A stretch of 64,000 nt of DNA from Podospora anserina. Lineage: Eukaryota. Shown in pieces: positions 52,801 to 64,000 of the stretch. Made by a program: the position numbers and the translations under genes. The stretch spans positions 1,426,001 through 1,490,000 of the forward strand of contig CM030332.1 of NCBI GenBank assembly GCA_017654855.1. Reading direction: 5' to 3'. The notes beneath the pieces were generated by a model, which saw nothing but the letters and a program-made list of their open reading frames with translations, did not search any database and was not told the DNA's origin. Within the stretch, counting starts at the first letter, position 1. Every line of letters starts with the position of its first letter.

Positions 52801-53376
52801 TCACCCGATCAGAAGCAAGAAATCATCAGACAGATTCAGGATTCAGGGGAGGTGGTCGCCATGGTGGGAGACGGCATCAACGACTCGCCTGCTCTTGCCA
52901 CGGCGGACGTCGGCATCGCCATGGCTTCTGGTACGGACGTGGCGATGGAAGCGGCCGATGTGGTCCTCATGCGGCCCAACGACCTGATGGACATCCCTGC
53001 TGCTTTGCACCTTGCGAGAACGATCTTTAGGAGGATCAAGATGAACTTGTTGTGGGCGTGCATGTACAATGCTGTTGGGTTGCCGTTTGCGATGGGGTTG
53101 TTTTTGCCGCTGGGGTGGCATCTGCACCCTATGGCTGCGGGGGCGGCGATGGCGGGTAGTAGTGTCAGTGTGGTGGTTAGTTCGCTGTTTTTGAAGTTTT
53201 GGAAGCGGCCGAGGTGGATGGAGGAGGGTGGGCTCAAGCCGAAGGGGGTAGTGGAGAGGATGGGTGATGGGATTGTGAGTGGGATGGAGGGGTTGTTGGG
53301 GGTTTTCACGGGGAGGAAGGGGGCTAGAGGGGAGGGGTATGTGCCGTTGGATGATTTGGAGAATGGGGGGCGGTAA
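49804..53376 (+). CDS. CCC2: Copper-transporting P1B-type ATPase (Ccc2/ATP7-like)
   Basis: Three GMTCGAC HMA repeats plus one degenerate HMA; TGE, CPC, DKTGT, SEHP, GDGINDSP, YN and MxxSS motifs. One intron ~49884-49943. Confidence 0.95.
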
Positions 53377-54425
53377 GGTATGAGAGGGAAGGGTTGATGT
53401 TTGATAGGTACCTTACTGGGCATAAGGGAGGGGCGTTGGCATACCAGGAGGTTTAGTTTTCCTTGCTTCCCTGTGTTTTGTTCTGTTGTCCTTTGGTTTT
53501 GATAGTGAGAGGTAGAAATGTTGTTGTTGAATTCCCTTTTTTTTTCTTTTTTCTTTTTTTCGTGTTTATGGTATTTTGTTCATTTGCTTTGGTTTTAAGA
53601 CGTAGTGCCGTATTTATATACCCTCTTTTTGAACGTTGAGCAATGCTCGTCTGCGGTCGTGTCGTGTATTTGCCCGAATCGATGTTAAAGTATCGTTGTC
53701 TCGTTCGAGCAGTTGCGATAGTCTTCGAGAAAGGAACCAACCTATTTAAATAACATTAACGGGAGCGGTGACGGTAAAGAGTGATCCTTTCTCGGAAATA
53801 AACCAGAGGACAAGACTGCAAAACCAAGCACAGGAGCAACAGTGACAGGTGTGACGAGTTTTAAGAACGCGCAACCTGTTCAGATAGGAAAGACAACTGT
53901 GCCGACATCCCCACCCTCCCTGCAGTTCAGCATGCCTCGTGTGCAAAGGATTTGACACAGTGGCGTCTTTAGAGCTGGGTGGTGGGTATGGGGAAGTGGA
54001 ATGCGGTTATCTGTTGTTACGTCTGTGGCTGATGGCCTAACGACTCGACAGTAACCCGTGGGCAAGGCAAATATAGGAGAGAACTCCTGTCACTCAGAGG
54101 GCAACAGTAAAGATAGCTATCAGGGTATACGCACGAGATAAGGAGATATTATATGTAACAGTGATACATGCCAGCCATACACAAGCCCTAGCTAAACCGC
54201 TACCACATGACAACCGTCCGGAGAACTATTCTACGCAAAGATGGCTTTTTGTGTGTGCCTGATGAGCCAATATAAAAATGACCTCCATTGCAGGAACCGC
54301 GAGAAAGAAATAAAAATAACGACACGAAAGCGAAAAACAAACAGCAGCCAGATTCCCATTGCAAAACTAAACAACCTACCCACCCACCCTTTTACAAACT
54401 GTGAGACAATCCAACGCCATACCGA

Positions 54426-55367
54426 CTATGTCTTGGCAGATCTCCCCCTTCTCCCCGGCCGCCCAACGGGCTTTTTTGCCGGCGCAACCTTCTTCACGGC
54501 CTTCGCCTTGCCGCTGCCCTTAGCAGGGGCCGCCTTCTTTTCGGGTGCTGGCTTCTCCGCCTTCTCCTTCTTGGGCGCTGATACCTTGACGGCAGCATTC
54601 GCAGCCTTGGTCTTCTTTTGGCTCTTCTCAAACTCACGGACTAATTCTCCGGCTCCCTCGAGGTTAGACCTGGGCTCCCAGGTGTTTTCACTTTCGGGAT
54701 AGCCCTTCCACTTGACGAGGAACTTGTGAGCCTTGGTCTTGTCGTCGATTCCCGAATCACGGATGGCTTCGACTTCGTAAACCTCTTCAGAGGCGACGCC
54801 ATTAACAGATGTGTCCTTCTTGGGACGACCGCCCTTGTTCTTGGGCTTAGCGGTGGCCTTCTCCTTCTTCTCAGTAGAGGGCTGTGACAATATATACACG
54901 TAGGAGGCATTACTTACAGCGGGCCCCTTGGGACGACCACGAGTAGGCTTCTTAGCAGCCTTAAGTGAGAGTCGCGCACTGGCGGCCTTGCCTGCAGTAC
55001 GGGCAGGCCTTCCGGCACGACCACGCTTTGCCGCTGGTGTCGCTTCAACTTCAGCTTCAGCTTCAGGAGACGTCTCCTCGGCCTCGTCCTCGATCTCTTC
55101 AGCCTTGCGCTTGCGGCCTGTGCTGCGGCTGGCGCTCTTAGGACCCGCACTGTTCTTAGCAGATTTGGGCGTAGCAGAAGACTTGCCAACACTCTTGGTT
55201 GAACGAGGAGTCTTCGCAGCCGGTGTCGACTTGGCGGGCGTCTCGGAAAAAGTCCCAGTAGAGGATCTTAAAGGGCGGTACCGCTTTTTCGACGAGGAAG
55301 GCGCGAGTTCATCATCGAAGAGACCGGCACCCAAGCCCATATCGGCTTCTAAAAGGGCGGGCGGCAT
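54426..55367 (-). CDS. Chromodomain protein with AT-hook-like motifs and K/A/P-rich tails
   Basis: VYEVEAIRD...FLVKWKGYPESENTWEPRSNL chromodomain; RGRP/GRP motifs (TRGRPKG, GGRPKK, VGRPGRRGR). Start taken at caacATG 55367, but an upstream exon is possible. Probable short intron near 54917-54870. Confidence 0.75.
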   Translation of the reverse strand: MPPALLEADMGLGAGLFDDELAPSSSKKRYRPLRSSTGTFSETPAKSTPAAKTPRSTKSVGKSSATPKSAKNSAGPKSASRSTGRKRKAEEIEDEAEETSPEAEAEVEATPAAKRGRAGRPARTAGKAASARLSLKAAKKPTRGRPKGPAVSNASYVYILSQPSTEKKEKATAKPKNKGGRPKKDTSVNGVASEEVYEVEAIRDSGIDDKTKAHKFLVKWKGYPESENTWEPRSNLEGAGELVREFEKSQKKTKAANAAVKVSAPKKEKAEKPAPEKKAAPAKGSGKAKAVKKVAPAKKPVGRPGRRGRSAKT

Positions 55368-55683
55368 GTTGAACTGCTCGTTTATGATGAGATCCTCTTC
55401 TTCATGAAGGTTGACCACAGTCGGGCCAGCACCACCGGCGAAACCGAGAGCGATTGAGCTCTCTCTTGAGTATGAAGCCTCAACAGACCTGCAATGCGAG
55501 TTAATAATTGGGTCAAAATATAAAACAATTAAACATGAGACGGACAAGTGAGGGTGGGTGAGTGAGTGAGTGACGGGGTTTGGACCGCCAAATGAGCGAC
55601 TGGTGAAAGTAGTGAAAATTGCGTGGACTTGCCAAAGTCGCGTCGTGATTTGGGGTGAAAGAGAGGAGTGGCAGGGTTGTGGG

Positions 55684-55718
55684 TGCTTGTCGAGAGCTGC
55701 TTGTCGCGAGCTGCTTGT
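55684..55718. repeat. Tandem 14-nt repeat TGCTTGTCG(A/C)GAGC x 2.5
   Basis: tgcttgtcgagagc / tgcttgtcgcgagc / tgcttgt read directly; lies upstream of the chromodomain gene. Confidence 0.7.
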
Positions 55719-56514
55719 ACCAAAAACCCAGCGGGAAACTGAGGGAAGGCACAACACGACAAGGATTTGCAGGTGAGATGCCTGGTCACTTACTCTTGCA
55801 AGTCGCTTTGGATCAATTGGAGAGGAGCATCCTCCATGTAGTCATCCACGAACGGCATTGTGACAGCTGTCTAGTGATGGCTTATGGTGATGGGCTATTC
55901 TGCGCTTCGTCGCGACTTGGAAGACAGGCGGCCTTGGAAGTGAAAGTGAAAGTGAGCTCTAGACCAACCAGCGCGTCGCGAACAAAAAGGCGCTGTGAGA
56001 GGGTGTCAGTAAAATGAGCCAAAAATCATAAAAATCGCAGAAAAAATTCCAGATATGAATCATACCTCGTAGATGAAGAAAATTCAACGATTTCTTCGAC
56101 TTTTGCGATGCGGCGGCGTGTTGTATGTTCTGGAGAATGGTATGATGTAAACACGTTGTTTGGGGTTCGGGTAAGAGGTTGCAAAGTTCCCGGGTTGCGG
56201 TTGGCTTTGTTTGCCGTATTAGGTAAGGTTAATTAATTTCTTATTAGCAGCTGCCATGCCTACAAGGGCCAACAGTACTATTAGTGGGGTTTAGCATGCA
56301 ATGCTGTTAGTGCAGAGAACTTGAGCAATATTATCCGATTATCAATCGAAGCAAGAGAGCATCGACAGGCAAAGCAACGTCATTTTCTTAACTTGTGAGA
56401 GAGCCAGCAAAAGAATGTAAATTTGCAATCTCCCAGCCAACTTACAAAACAAGCAGCTATGTCTCGCTACAGTCGCTCTGCCTATCTTACAAACATTGGC
56501 ACCCCATCAGTTAT

Positions 56515-58804
56515 CTAATTCTTCTGCCTCCTCTTCGCCTCTTCACACACCAAGACCTCTCCCTTTCTCTTTTTCTTGCCTCCAAACTTCAGCTCCCACA
56601 TCTTTGCCTTCTCGGGCCAGATACGTTCAAACAAGGCCTCCACCTCCTCCCACTTCCCAACCTCATGTCCCGGCTCTATCGGTCCCTGATCCCCAAGCCA
56701 ATCCTTCTCAAGTCTTCCTGTAGGCCGTTCCACTCCGAGCACCTCGTAAAGCGACTCTACAGTCTTAGGAATATAAGGCTCTAGCATCCTCACCACCAAG
56801 TATACCAGATTGATCCCCACCTCCAAAACAGCCTGCCGCTCACATGTGTCCGTCAACATAACCCTGTTACTGACCAGGTCCAAAAGAGCAATGCCTCCAC
56901 AAGTTAACTCCAGAGTTGTCATCAAGCCACCCCTCAACTCCGAGTTTTTAAGCTGGGTAACGTACTGCACCAGTAGCTTGTGTACACCTCCTTTGAAGCG
57001 CTTAATCGTCTGTCCCACAGACGAAAGCAGTGGCCCATTGATATGATCGTGGCTGTGAGGCACCACACCGTTGAGGTCCGTGAGGACTTTGTGGACCAGT
57101 TTCCCGATCTTACCGACAAAAAGTTCATTGTGGACCTCGACCAGCCTGTCCCAGGTGAAATCCGTGTCTTCCATGCCCTCAGGGCGGGACTGGAGGAGGA
57201 AGAATCGAAAGACATCAGCAGAGAGGCCAGTTTGCTGAGCATTGTCGCCAAATACCCCCACCCCAAGGGATTTAGAGAATCTGCCGCCCTGGTAGGTGAG
57301 AAATCTTGTTGAAGCGATGTGGCGAGGAGCTGTGTAGGGAGGATCCAAGGGAAGTAGCGTGGCAGGAAACAAGATCCCATGGAAGAAGATGTTGTCTGCG
57401 CCGAGAAACTGGGATAGCCGAACGCCTACATCCGACTTGGGTGTGTTATCACCAGGTTTGTAGAAAGAGCTGTCATTGTCGTCGTGGCTTTTCATGGCGA
57501 TGGGTGTCGAAGGCCGCCACCACGCCCTCCAGCTTTCCCCTTCCATCCCACTTGCCGTGATGGAAATATATCCGAGCAACGCATCCCACCACGGATAGAA
57601 AACTTTTCCGTCGAACCCTGCCAACCGCCCGGGCACCGGTGTTCCCCAGTCCAGTCCATCCCTTGTTATACATATAGAAGAGTTCCCATTGATTTCCTTC
57701 GCGTTTACCAACCAATCCTCTCCTTGTTCCTTAGCCTGGTTCTCGAGCAACGGGCCATGATTGTCAAGTTTCAAAAACAAGTGCTTGCTCGGCCTTAGTG
57801 CTGGCCTTCCCCCGTGGATCTTACACTTCGGCTCAACCAACTCCGTAATGTCAAAAACCCAGTCACACTCCCCACACTGGTCACCTACCGCCCCCCCAGC
57901 CAAAGCTGTCAGCAACTCTGCATCTCAAGGTGAGCATCTCAAAAAAAAAAAAACGTACCTCTCGCCTCCTCGCTGCCACACTCCGGGCATGTCCCCTCCA
58001 CCAACCGATCAAACACAAACCCTTTACACTCCTCACACCAAAGCTGTTCCGAATCCCTGATCTCAATCAGCCCTTCTCCCCACAACTCTTTGAAGATGTC
58101 GTGTGTGATTTCCGTGTGCCGGTCATTCGTCGTCCGTCCAAAGATGTCGAAGCTGATATTGAACCACTCGTACACGTCCTTGTGGATCTTATGGTACTTG
58201 TCACACAACTCTTGGGGCGCAACGCCTTCCTCGCGTGCCCGGAGGGAGGTTGTAGTGCCGAACTCGTCCGTTCCTGTCCATTGCAACATTTATCATCAGC
58301 AGTTTGTCAGACGGTCGAGAGGGAAACAGGCAACACAACCAAATCCCCAGATGACATCCTAACCATCAACTCATTTTTGGCCTAAAATAAATAAATAAAT
58401 AAAAAAGGAACCGAGAAGCAGGCAAGACATTGAAAGAGGAAGATAAAAAACAAGACATTGCCAGTCCCACAGCCAAAGCCTGGACCAACCGTCCACTCCT
58501 CCGGCTTCCCAACCCGAGGAAAAGGGAAAAGATGATACCGTGAAAAAGGAGACCAACCAAAAATAAAGAGAAGATCCCAAAAACAAAAACAGATAAGCAA
58601 GAACAGAGATAACTCACCCCCCACAAAAAGCACATTCCCCCCCCGCCCCCTCCAAAACCTCGCAAACACATCCGCCGAGAGCACCGACCCGATAATATTC
58701 CCCAAGTGCGGGACATTGTTCACATAAGGAAGCGCCGAAGTGACCAAAATATTGCGCTCGCCCGGCTTGGGGAGCGGCAACACTTTCTCCTGTTTGGACA
58801 CCAT
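56515..58804 (-). CDS. Divergent methionyl-tRNA synthetase-like protein (cytosolic/eukaryotic-type MetRS homolog), ~623 aa
   Basis: Exons 58804-58618, 58273-57959, 57884-56515 join in frame (1872 nt). Motifs: [18 protein letters not shown] (HIGH), GTDE, FDIFGRT, zinc knuckles [44 protein letters not shown] (KMSKS). Confidence 0.85.
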
Positions 58805-59416
58805 TGTCTTTGAAAAAGACAAATTGCAATTGGTTCTTGATGAGAAAAAAAAAACAAAAAAAAATAAAAACAGACGGGATATCAAGTAGTTGAAGTGGCA
58901 GTAGTGGTGTGGTCTGTTGCCAATGTAGGTAAGTGACAGTTCCTTCGAGCTGGAGATGGGGTTTTATACACACCTATCAACACATACCTAGGCAACGCCC
59001 TCGAAAGAGAAAAAACCTGCATGACCCATCCCGAAAGTTCGAGACAAGGTCACACACACACACAATCGTGCAAACGCCCTCCATTCTCGTTTCATCTCGA
59101 ACCTCGCATTGTCAAATCACAGAACTTCTTTGATCCGTTTGCTCTACCCCCAAAACACCAATCAACCAGTTTTGCCATCATATCGGAGCCTGGGTAGGTA
59201 CACTTTGATACCCTTTCTTCATCAAAAATAGTTACTTCTTATATTCCCACGCTATGTGCAACGCTCAAGCCCATAAACCAACTGCTCCACGATTCCTCAT
59301 TAACACCTCCCGGAGGCCTTCATAACCGCTAGAGCATCCAGAAAAGCCTCCTATTCCTCCTCCTTCAACCCCACCAACTTATCCTCCAACCCCTGTATCT
59401 CATACTGAGCTGCAAT

Positions 59417-61288
59417 CTACTCTAGCTGAAGTCTGCCGACACTGATGGGCTGATACTTGTCCTCTCCCAAGGCGTCTTCCACCCGCTGCATCACCGCCAG
59501 AACCTTTTCTTCTTCCAGTCGGCGACCAATAACCTGCACGCCCACGGGCAGGCCATCCATCTTCTCGGCGTCGTAGTACTTGTAGGCCCCACGAGCAACA
59601 CCATTGAGCTTTCTGATGTTGAAGTCTTCTGGGAGGCCGTCAAGTTCGGCTTGGACCTTGGTTACGGGAAGGACGCCGGCTGAGTAATCGAGCTGGATAT
59701 AATGTTAGCCAGAGACATGGATAGGACAGCGTTCAAGTAGACTTGCCAAGTTGAACAAAAATGTATACCCACAGCTGCTGAAAGCATCCTTCATCGCATT
59801 CAGGGGCAGCGCAGGCGTTGCATTCGGAACCGAAACAATGACATCCAAACCCTGCTGATTCCACCACTCAAACCACTTGGCTCTGTACTCCTCTCTCCGA
59901 GCAACCAGCTTCCAGTTCTCAAAAGCCGACTGTGCTCTCCAATTCTCAACCAACCCAGCCCAAACATGATCTCTCCTGACATACTTCACCCAAAGGTAAT
60001 AGAACCATCTAAACGGGTTCCACCAACTCGCCAGTGATTTGATCTGAGCAGCTCCAGTATCCAGCCACTCCCCAGGTCGCCTAAAAGAGTCAAACATCTG
60101 CCCGCCATCCGCATTCAACACCAGTGAGGCAATCTTCAACCCCTCATACAGATCCGGCGGCGCGTGCTCCCCCTCCAACTCAACAATCTCGTGCCCCTGC
60201 GCCTTCAACGCATTCACAACCGTCTCCAACGCCCTCCGACAGGCAGGACTCGGATCAACAACCCCATCCGTCCACATCACCCCAACCTTCAACTTCTCCT
60301 TCTGCTCAAACCCCTTCTCCATCTCCCCCCTCCACGCAAGAGGGTGAACAGTCCCATCATACCTCCACGGCCCAAATTCAATCACCTCCCTAGTAAAATA
60401 CCTCAAATCCCCCAACGTCCTCGCCATAGGACTGTACACACTCGGCACCCCCTCCTGCCCAGGCATACTAGTCTTGATTCCCGCCTTAGGCCACCTCCCC
60501 GTCGAGCACCTCAACGCATAACAACCCGCCCAATGCGCCGGCAACCTCACGCTCCCCGCCACATCGCTCCCAACCCCAATCCTACTCCCCCCCATAGCCA
60601 ACAGCGCGCTCTCACCCCCCGTACTCCCCCCGGGACTATACCCTTTTTTAAACGGATTCTCCGCCCTCCCCCAAACATCATTCCCGCTCTCAAAACTCAA
60701 CAACGTAATCGGACAATTCGTCTTGACATGCGGCACAGCCCCCATATCCTTCAGCATCCTCACCATCGCCCCATCTTTGCCGTCGTCGTTCCCCACAAAC
60801 GAGCTGTACCCCACAGTCGTGTCATATCCCCCAACAATGATCGTATCCTTCAGCGACACCGGGATACCCGCCAACGACCCCTCTAGGTTCGGCAGCGGGT
60901 TCCCTCCCTTGTCTACTTCTGTTTTGGTGCGTGCAGCGTTGATCCACTGCTCCGCTGAAGAAAACATAATCTCCGTTAGGCAGTTGGTCTGAGAGTGCGC
61001 CCTTAGCGCAAGCTTTCCATACGCGCGGAGGATGCTCAGCGGATGGGTGGTGCCGTTTTGGACATTGGCGACCAGTGAATCGATCGGCGCGGAAAATATC
61101 TCCTTTTCGTCTGGGGTGACGGGTGATTTGTACTCTGCTGGGAGGGCGTCGATCCGTTGTTGGCGTTGGGCTTGCTTGAACTTGCTAATGGGGAGGTTGT
61201 TAATTCGAATTGTCAGAGGGTAGAGGTGGGAAGAAGGGAAAGAAGCTTACCAGTCCCGTTTGTGCTGAAAGTACTCGCTTAGAAACAT
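59417..61288 (-). CDS. Amidase-signature family enzyme (acetamidase/FAAH-like)
   Basis: GIPVSLKD, SPGGSTGGE, GSDVAGSVRLP (Ser-cisSer-Lys triad), YTFLFNL|LDYSAGVLPV, GLPVGVQVIG. Introns ~61250-61186 (GT-AG) and 59746-59693 (GC-AG). Confidence 0.9.
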
Positions 61289-62041
61289 GTTGGCGGTGGT
61301 GGTGTTGGAACCTTGATGAAGTTATACTCTGATGATGCTATACGTGTGGTGATAAGCCTGATGGATAAGCTGTGACGAACGATAGATGGTCCAATCGACT
61401 ACAATGCTCCAAGACAAAAGAAGAACCTGAAAAGTAAAGCAAACTCAAAACAAAGAGTGGTGAAAAGAGAAATTTATGTTCAAGAAGACTGCAGGAGAGA
61501 CATGGGGAAGAGCAGGTGACCTGGGAAGTAGCTGCCGTGTAAGTGATAAGATAACCGCTCGGCTGACGGATACCATTGGTGCGGAGTAAGGAGCGGCTTC
61601 CCCCTCACTCCCCCGCTGCCTGACCCCAACAAAGGACGGAAGTTGCTGGGTTGCTTGACCCGTAGGAAACCGCCCATCGTTAACCTTTAGAACAAACAAT
61701 TCAGGTACAGTATAGCTTGATACATTATATCGGACCAGCCGACCTAAATGTGCCCCTTCCAATCAGCAAGCCAGATCAAACTCGCATACGTACAACTCTA
61801 GCAGTTACATAAACATGTACCCGTTGTCGACAACGTGTGAGGAAACGAAAAGGACCTAACACCACCAAATGCAGACCAGCATGGCTGGGTCCATTAACTC
61901 CGAATAGATGGGGAGCCCAAAACCATTCCATAACAAAACTTGACCATCAATATCGCTTGCTTTTCTTAACCCGCAGTCCCAACGCCTACCCCAATCATAA
62001 CAAACAAACTACGCGGTTCGCCGGCGACGTTCCGGGACCAC

Positions 62042-64000
62042 CTAAGCCCTCGATCCTTCGCTGCCAGCACCGTTATTTGACTCTGTCGATGAGCCCACCA
62101 GTGTAGGCGCAATACGCCTTCGCTTATTCTGGTTGCCCAACGAGTCATCTGTCTCCGCTTCATTGGTATCCCGCTTGGTGCCTGTCGGCGGCGGGACAAA
62201 CGAGCTTCGGGGTGTTTCTGGGGGAGTGGTGATGGGAACTCCCGTCACCTTGCCAGAGTTCACCGCTGTCAGGCTGGGAACCTGACCAGCTATTAGCGGC
62301 GGGTTGTTCAACACCCCAGTCTGAGCACCAGACGTCTGAGTAATCACTGAAGACGCCGAGTTGGACCTTGCTGGTGACCCCGGCCTTGGGTTGACAAAAG
62401 ATGCGGCTGGTGGTGGAGATGGGGCTGTAAACGAGCTGGCAGAGTCGCGATGGCGATGCTGAGAGCCGTTTGGAAAAGGGGAAGGAGGTGCCAGCACCGA
62501 AGTGGGGGTTGGTACAGGCGTATTTTGGTTCGAGACAGCAGTGCCTTGGGGCTTTGGAGGCCCGAGTTCGCCCGTGTACACAGTACCAAGTTCACCCGGC
62601 AGGAACGACAATGTAGAGCAGAATCCATCCGAAGACGAGATCAGCAGCGTCAAACCATCACTTGACCTGGAAAAAATGTTAGTCTGAAACCATCTTGTTG
62701 ACGCTTCCGGATGAACCTACCAAGTCAAATCAGTAAATGTGGCGCAATGAAGGTTGCTCACGATACAGATCGGGGTGTGTTGTTGAGTATCGTACAACAG
62801 CACCGAATCCTGGGTAGCCACCGCATATATCATTCGATACGGCAATGCAAAGGCAGGCTTGGGTCCTGGTGTTTGCACGCCTGTCTCCAAACTCAGCACC
62901 CTGGAGTTGGACGTGACTGTTTCAACCAATGACGGCGGCGGAGGCGGCTCCATCTGTGAGGGTGCTGGGGAAGGTTTCGTGACAGCCTCGGGCAACGGCG
63001 GGATGGCATCTTCAGAAGAAGATGTGTCGATAGTAATATGCTTGGTAACAGGAGGTGACTGCCTCAGCGTATACACGACTGGTGAACATCTGACTGCGAC
63101 AGATGGCTTTTTGTGCCCTGGTAGATGTGCAATGGGAGGTTTGTTGATGCCTCCTCTGGTGTAAATGTACACGGTATTTGTCACCTCGAACGTGGGTTTC
63201 TGGCCCTCAACTTGGTGCTGGGTCTGATATTGCCCAGCAGGGGTGAGAAGAAGACTTCCGTCGGGAGTAAAAGTAAGTCGCCTGAAGAAGGAAGTCAGAG
63301 TCTCGTTTGCGTAGAGACTCGCGTTCTTCATCCCTAAGCTTGCGCCATGCATGTGCGGCTTTGGCGAAGCCTCTATCGGCATCACTGCCGGCAACGGCAT
63401 CGACGGCGCTGGTGAGACCGAGCGTCTCGAAGAGAACGATGACCTCCGGCTGTGACTAACAACACTTGGGGGGTTCATCGGGAGAGCCATTGAGGTGGGG
63501 GTCCCTGGAGCGGATGGAACAGGAGAGCCAATCGCCACTCCTGGCACATTGTCAAGAACTGACCGATACCCCAATTCAGGAGGGGCGGGACTGTGGGAAG
63601 AGATCCGCCGCGCCGGAAGATCAGCTTTGACGTGGCTTGCAATTTTTGATGGCTCTTTATCGTTGCAGCCTAGAGTATACTGCCCGTCCTTGGTCTTCAG
63701 CGAGTAAATATGCACGGCACGATCCGAGGATTGCGTGGCGATATACTCGTTCAACGGGTCCCATGCAACACCCTGGACATAGTGACTATGTTCGGCAATT
63801 TGTCGAACCAGCGTGCCTAGGAAAACATTAGCAAGGCGTGCACTTGAAAGCTCCTGAAGCACTACGCACCTGTTGCAGCGTTGTAGATTCGGGCAACGTT
63901 ATCCATACTTCCGATAATGAAGTAGGATGCATCCGGCGCCCAAGCCAAATCGAAAATCTCCGTCCCAGAAGACCTGCACATGTGTTTTCTCCGCCAAAAC
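62042..64000 (-). CDS. CAC2: Chromatin assembly factor 1 p60 subunit (Cac2/CHAF1B), WD40; 5' part lies beyond the window
   Basis: EIFDLAWAPD, HSHYVQGVAWDPLNEYIATQSSDR, FFRRLTFTPDGSLLLTPAG, FALPYRMIYAVAT, NLHCATFTDLTW|SSDG..L..SSSDGFCS and the C-terminal Asf1-binding B-domain KRRRIAPTLV. Confidence 0.92.

Noticed and set aside
1-64000. Transposons, RIP-degraded AT-rich blocks, rRNA, CRISPR arrays
   Set aside because: None visible; only homopolymer runs and coding microsatellites such as (GAG)n in Med8.

Overview
Gene-dense eukaryotic DNA from a filamentous ascomycete. The short GT-AG introns with CTRAC branch sites, the gene set and the composition fit Sordariales, possibly Podospora-like; the taxon is an inference. 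I can support about 21 spliced protein-coding genes, mostly housekeeping: CreB/Ubp9-13-type deubiquitinase, peroxisomal ABCD transporter, Psr1 phosphatase, Sec61-beta, Rif1, Ric8, MPDU1, choline sulfatase, Med8, acyltransferase-3, GFA-domain protein, Chk1, UbcH10-type E2, RPL31, Rax1, CSN7, Ccc2-type Cu ATPase, a chromodomain/AT-hook protein, a MetRS-like protein, an amidase and a partial CAF-1 p60. There is also one probable pseudogene and one intron-containing tRNA gene with an atypical anticodon arm. No transposon, rRNA or CRISPR is evident. The best leads are: (1) an intact but strongly diverged methionyl-tRNA synthetase homolog that keeps the catalytic and Met-pocket motifs but appears to have lost the anticodon-binding residues, lying next to an amidase; (2) the non-canonical tRNA; (3) a CSN7 with a long prion-like tail ending in a UIM-like motif. 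All family calls come from motif recognition by eye, not database searches.
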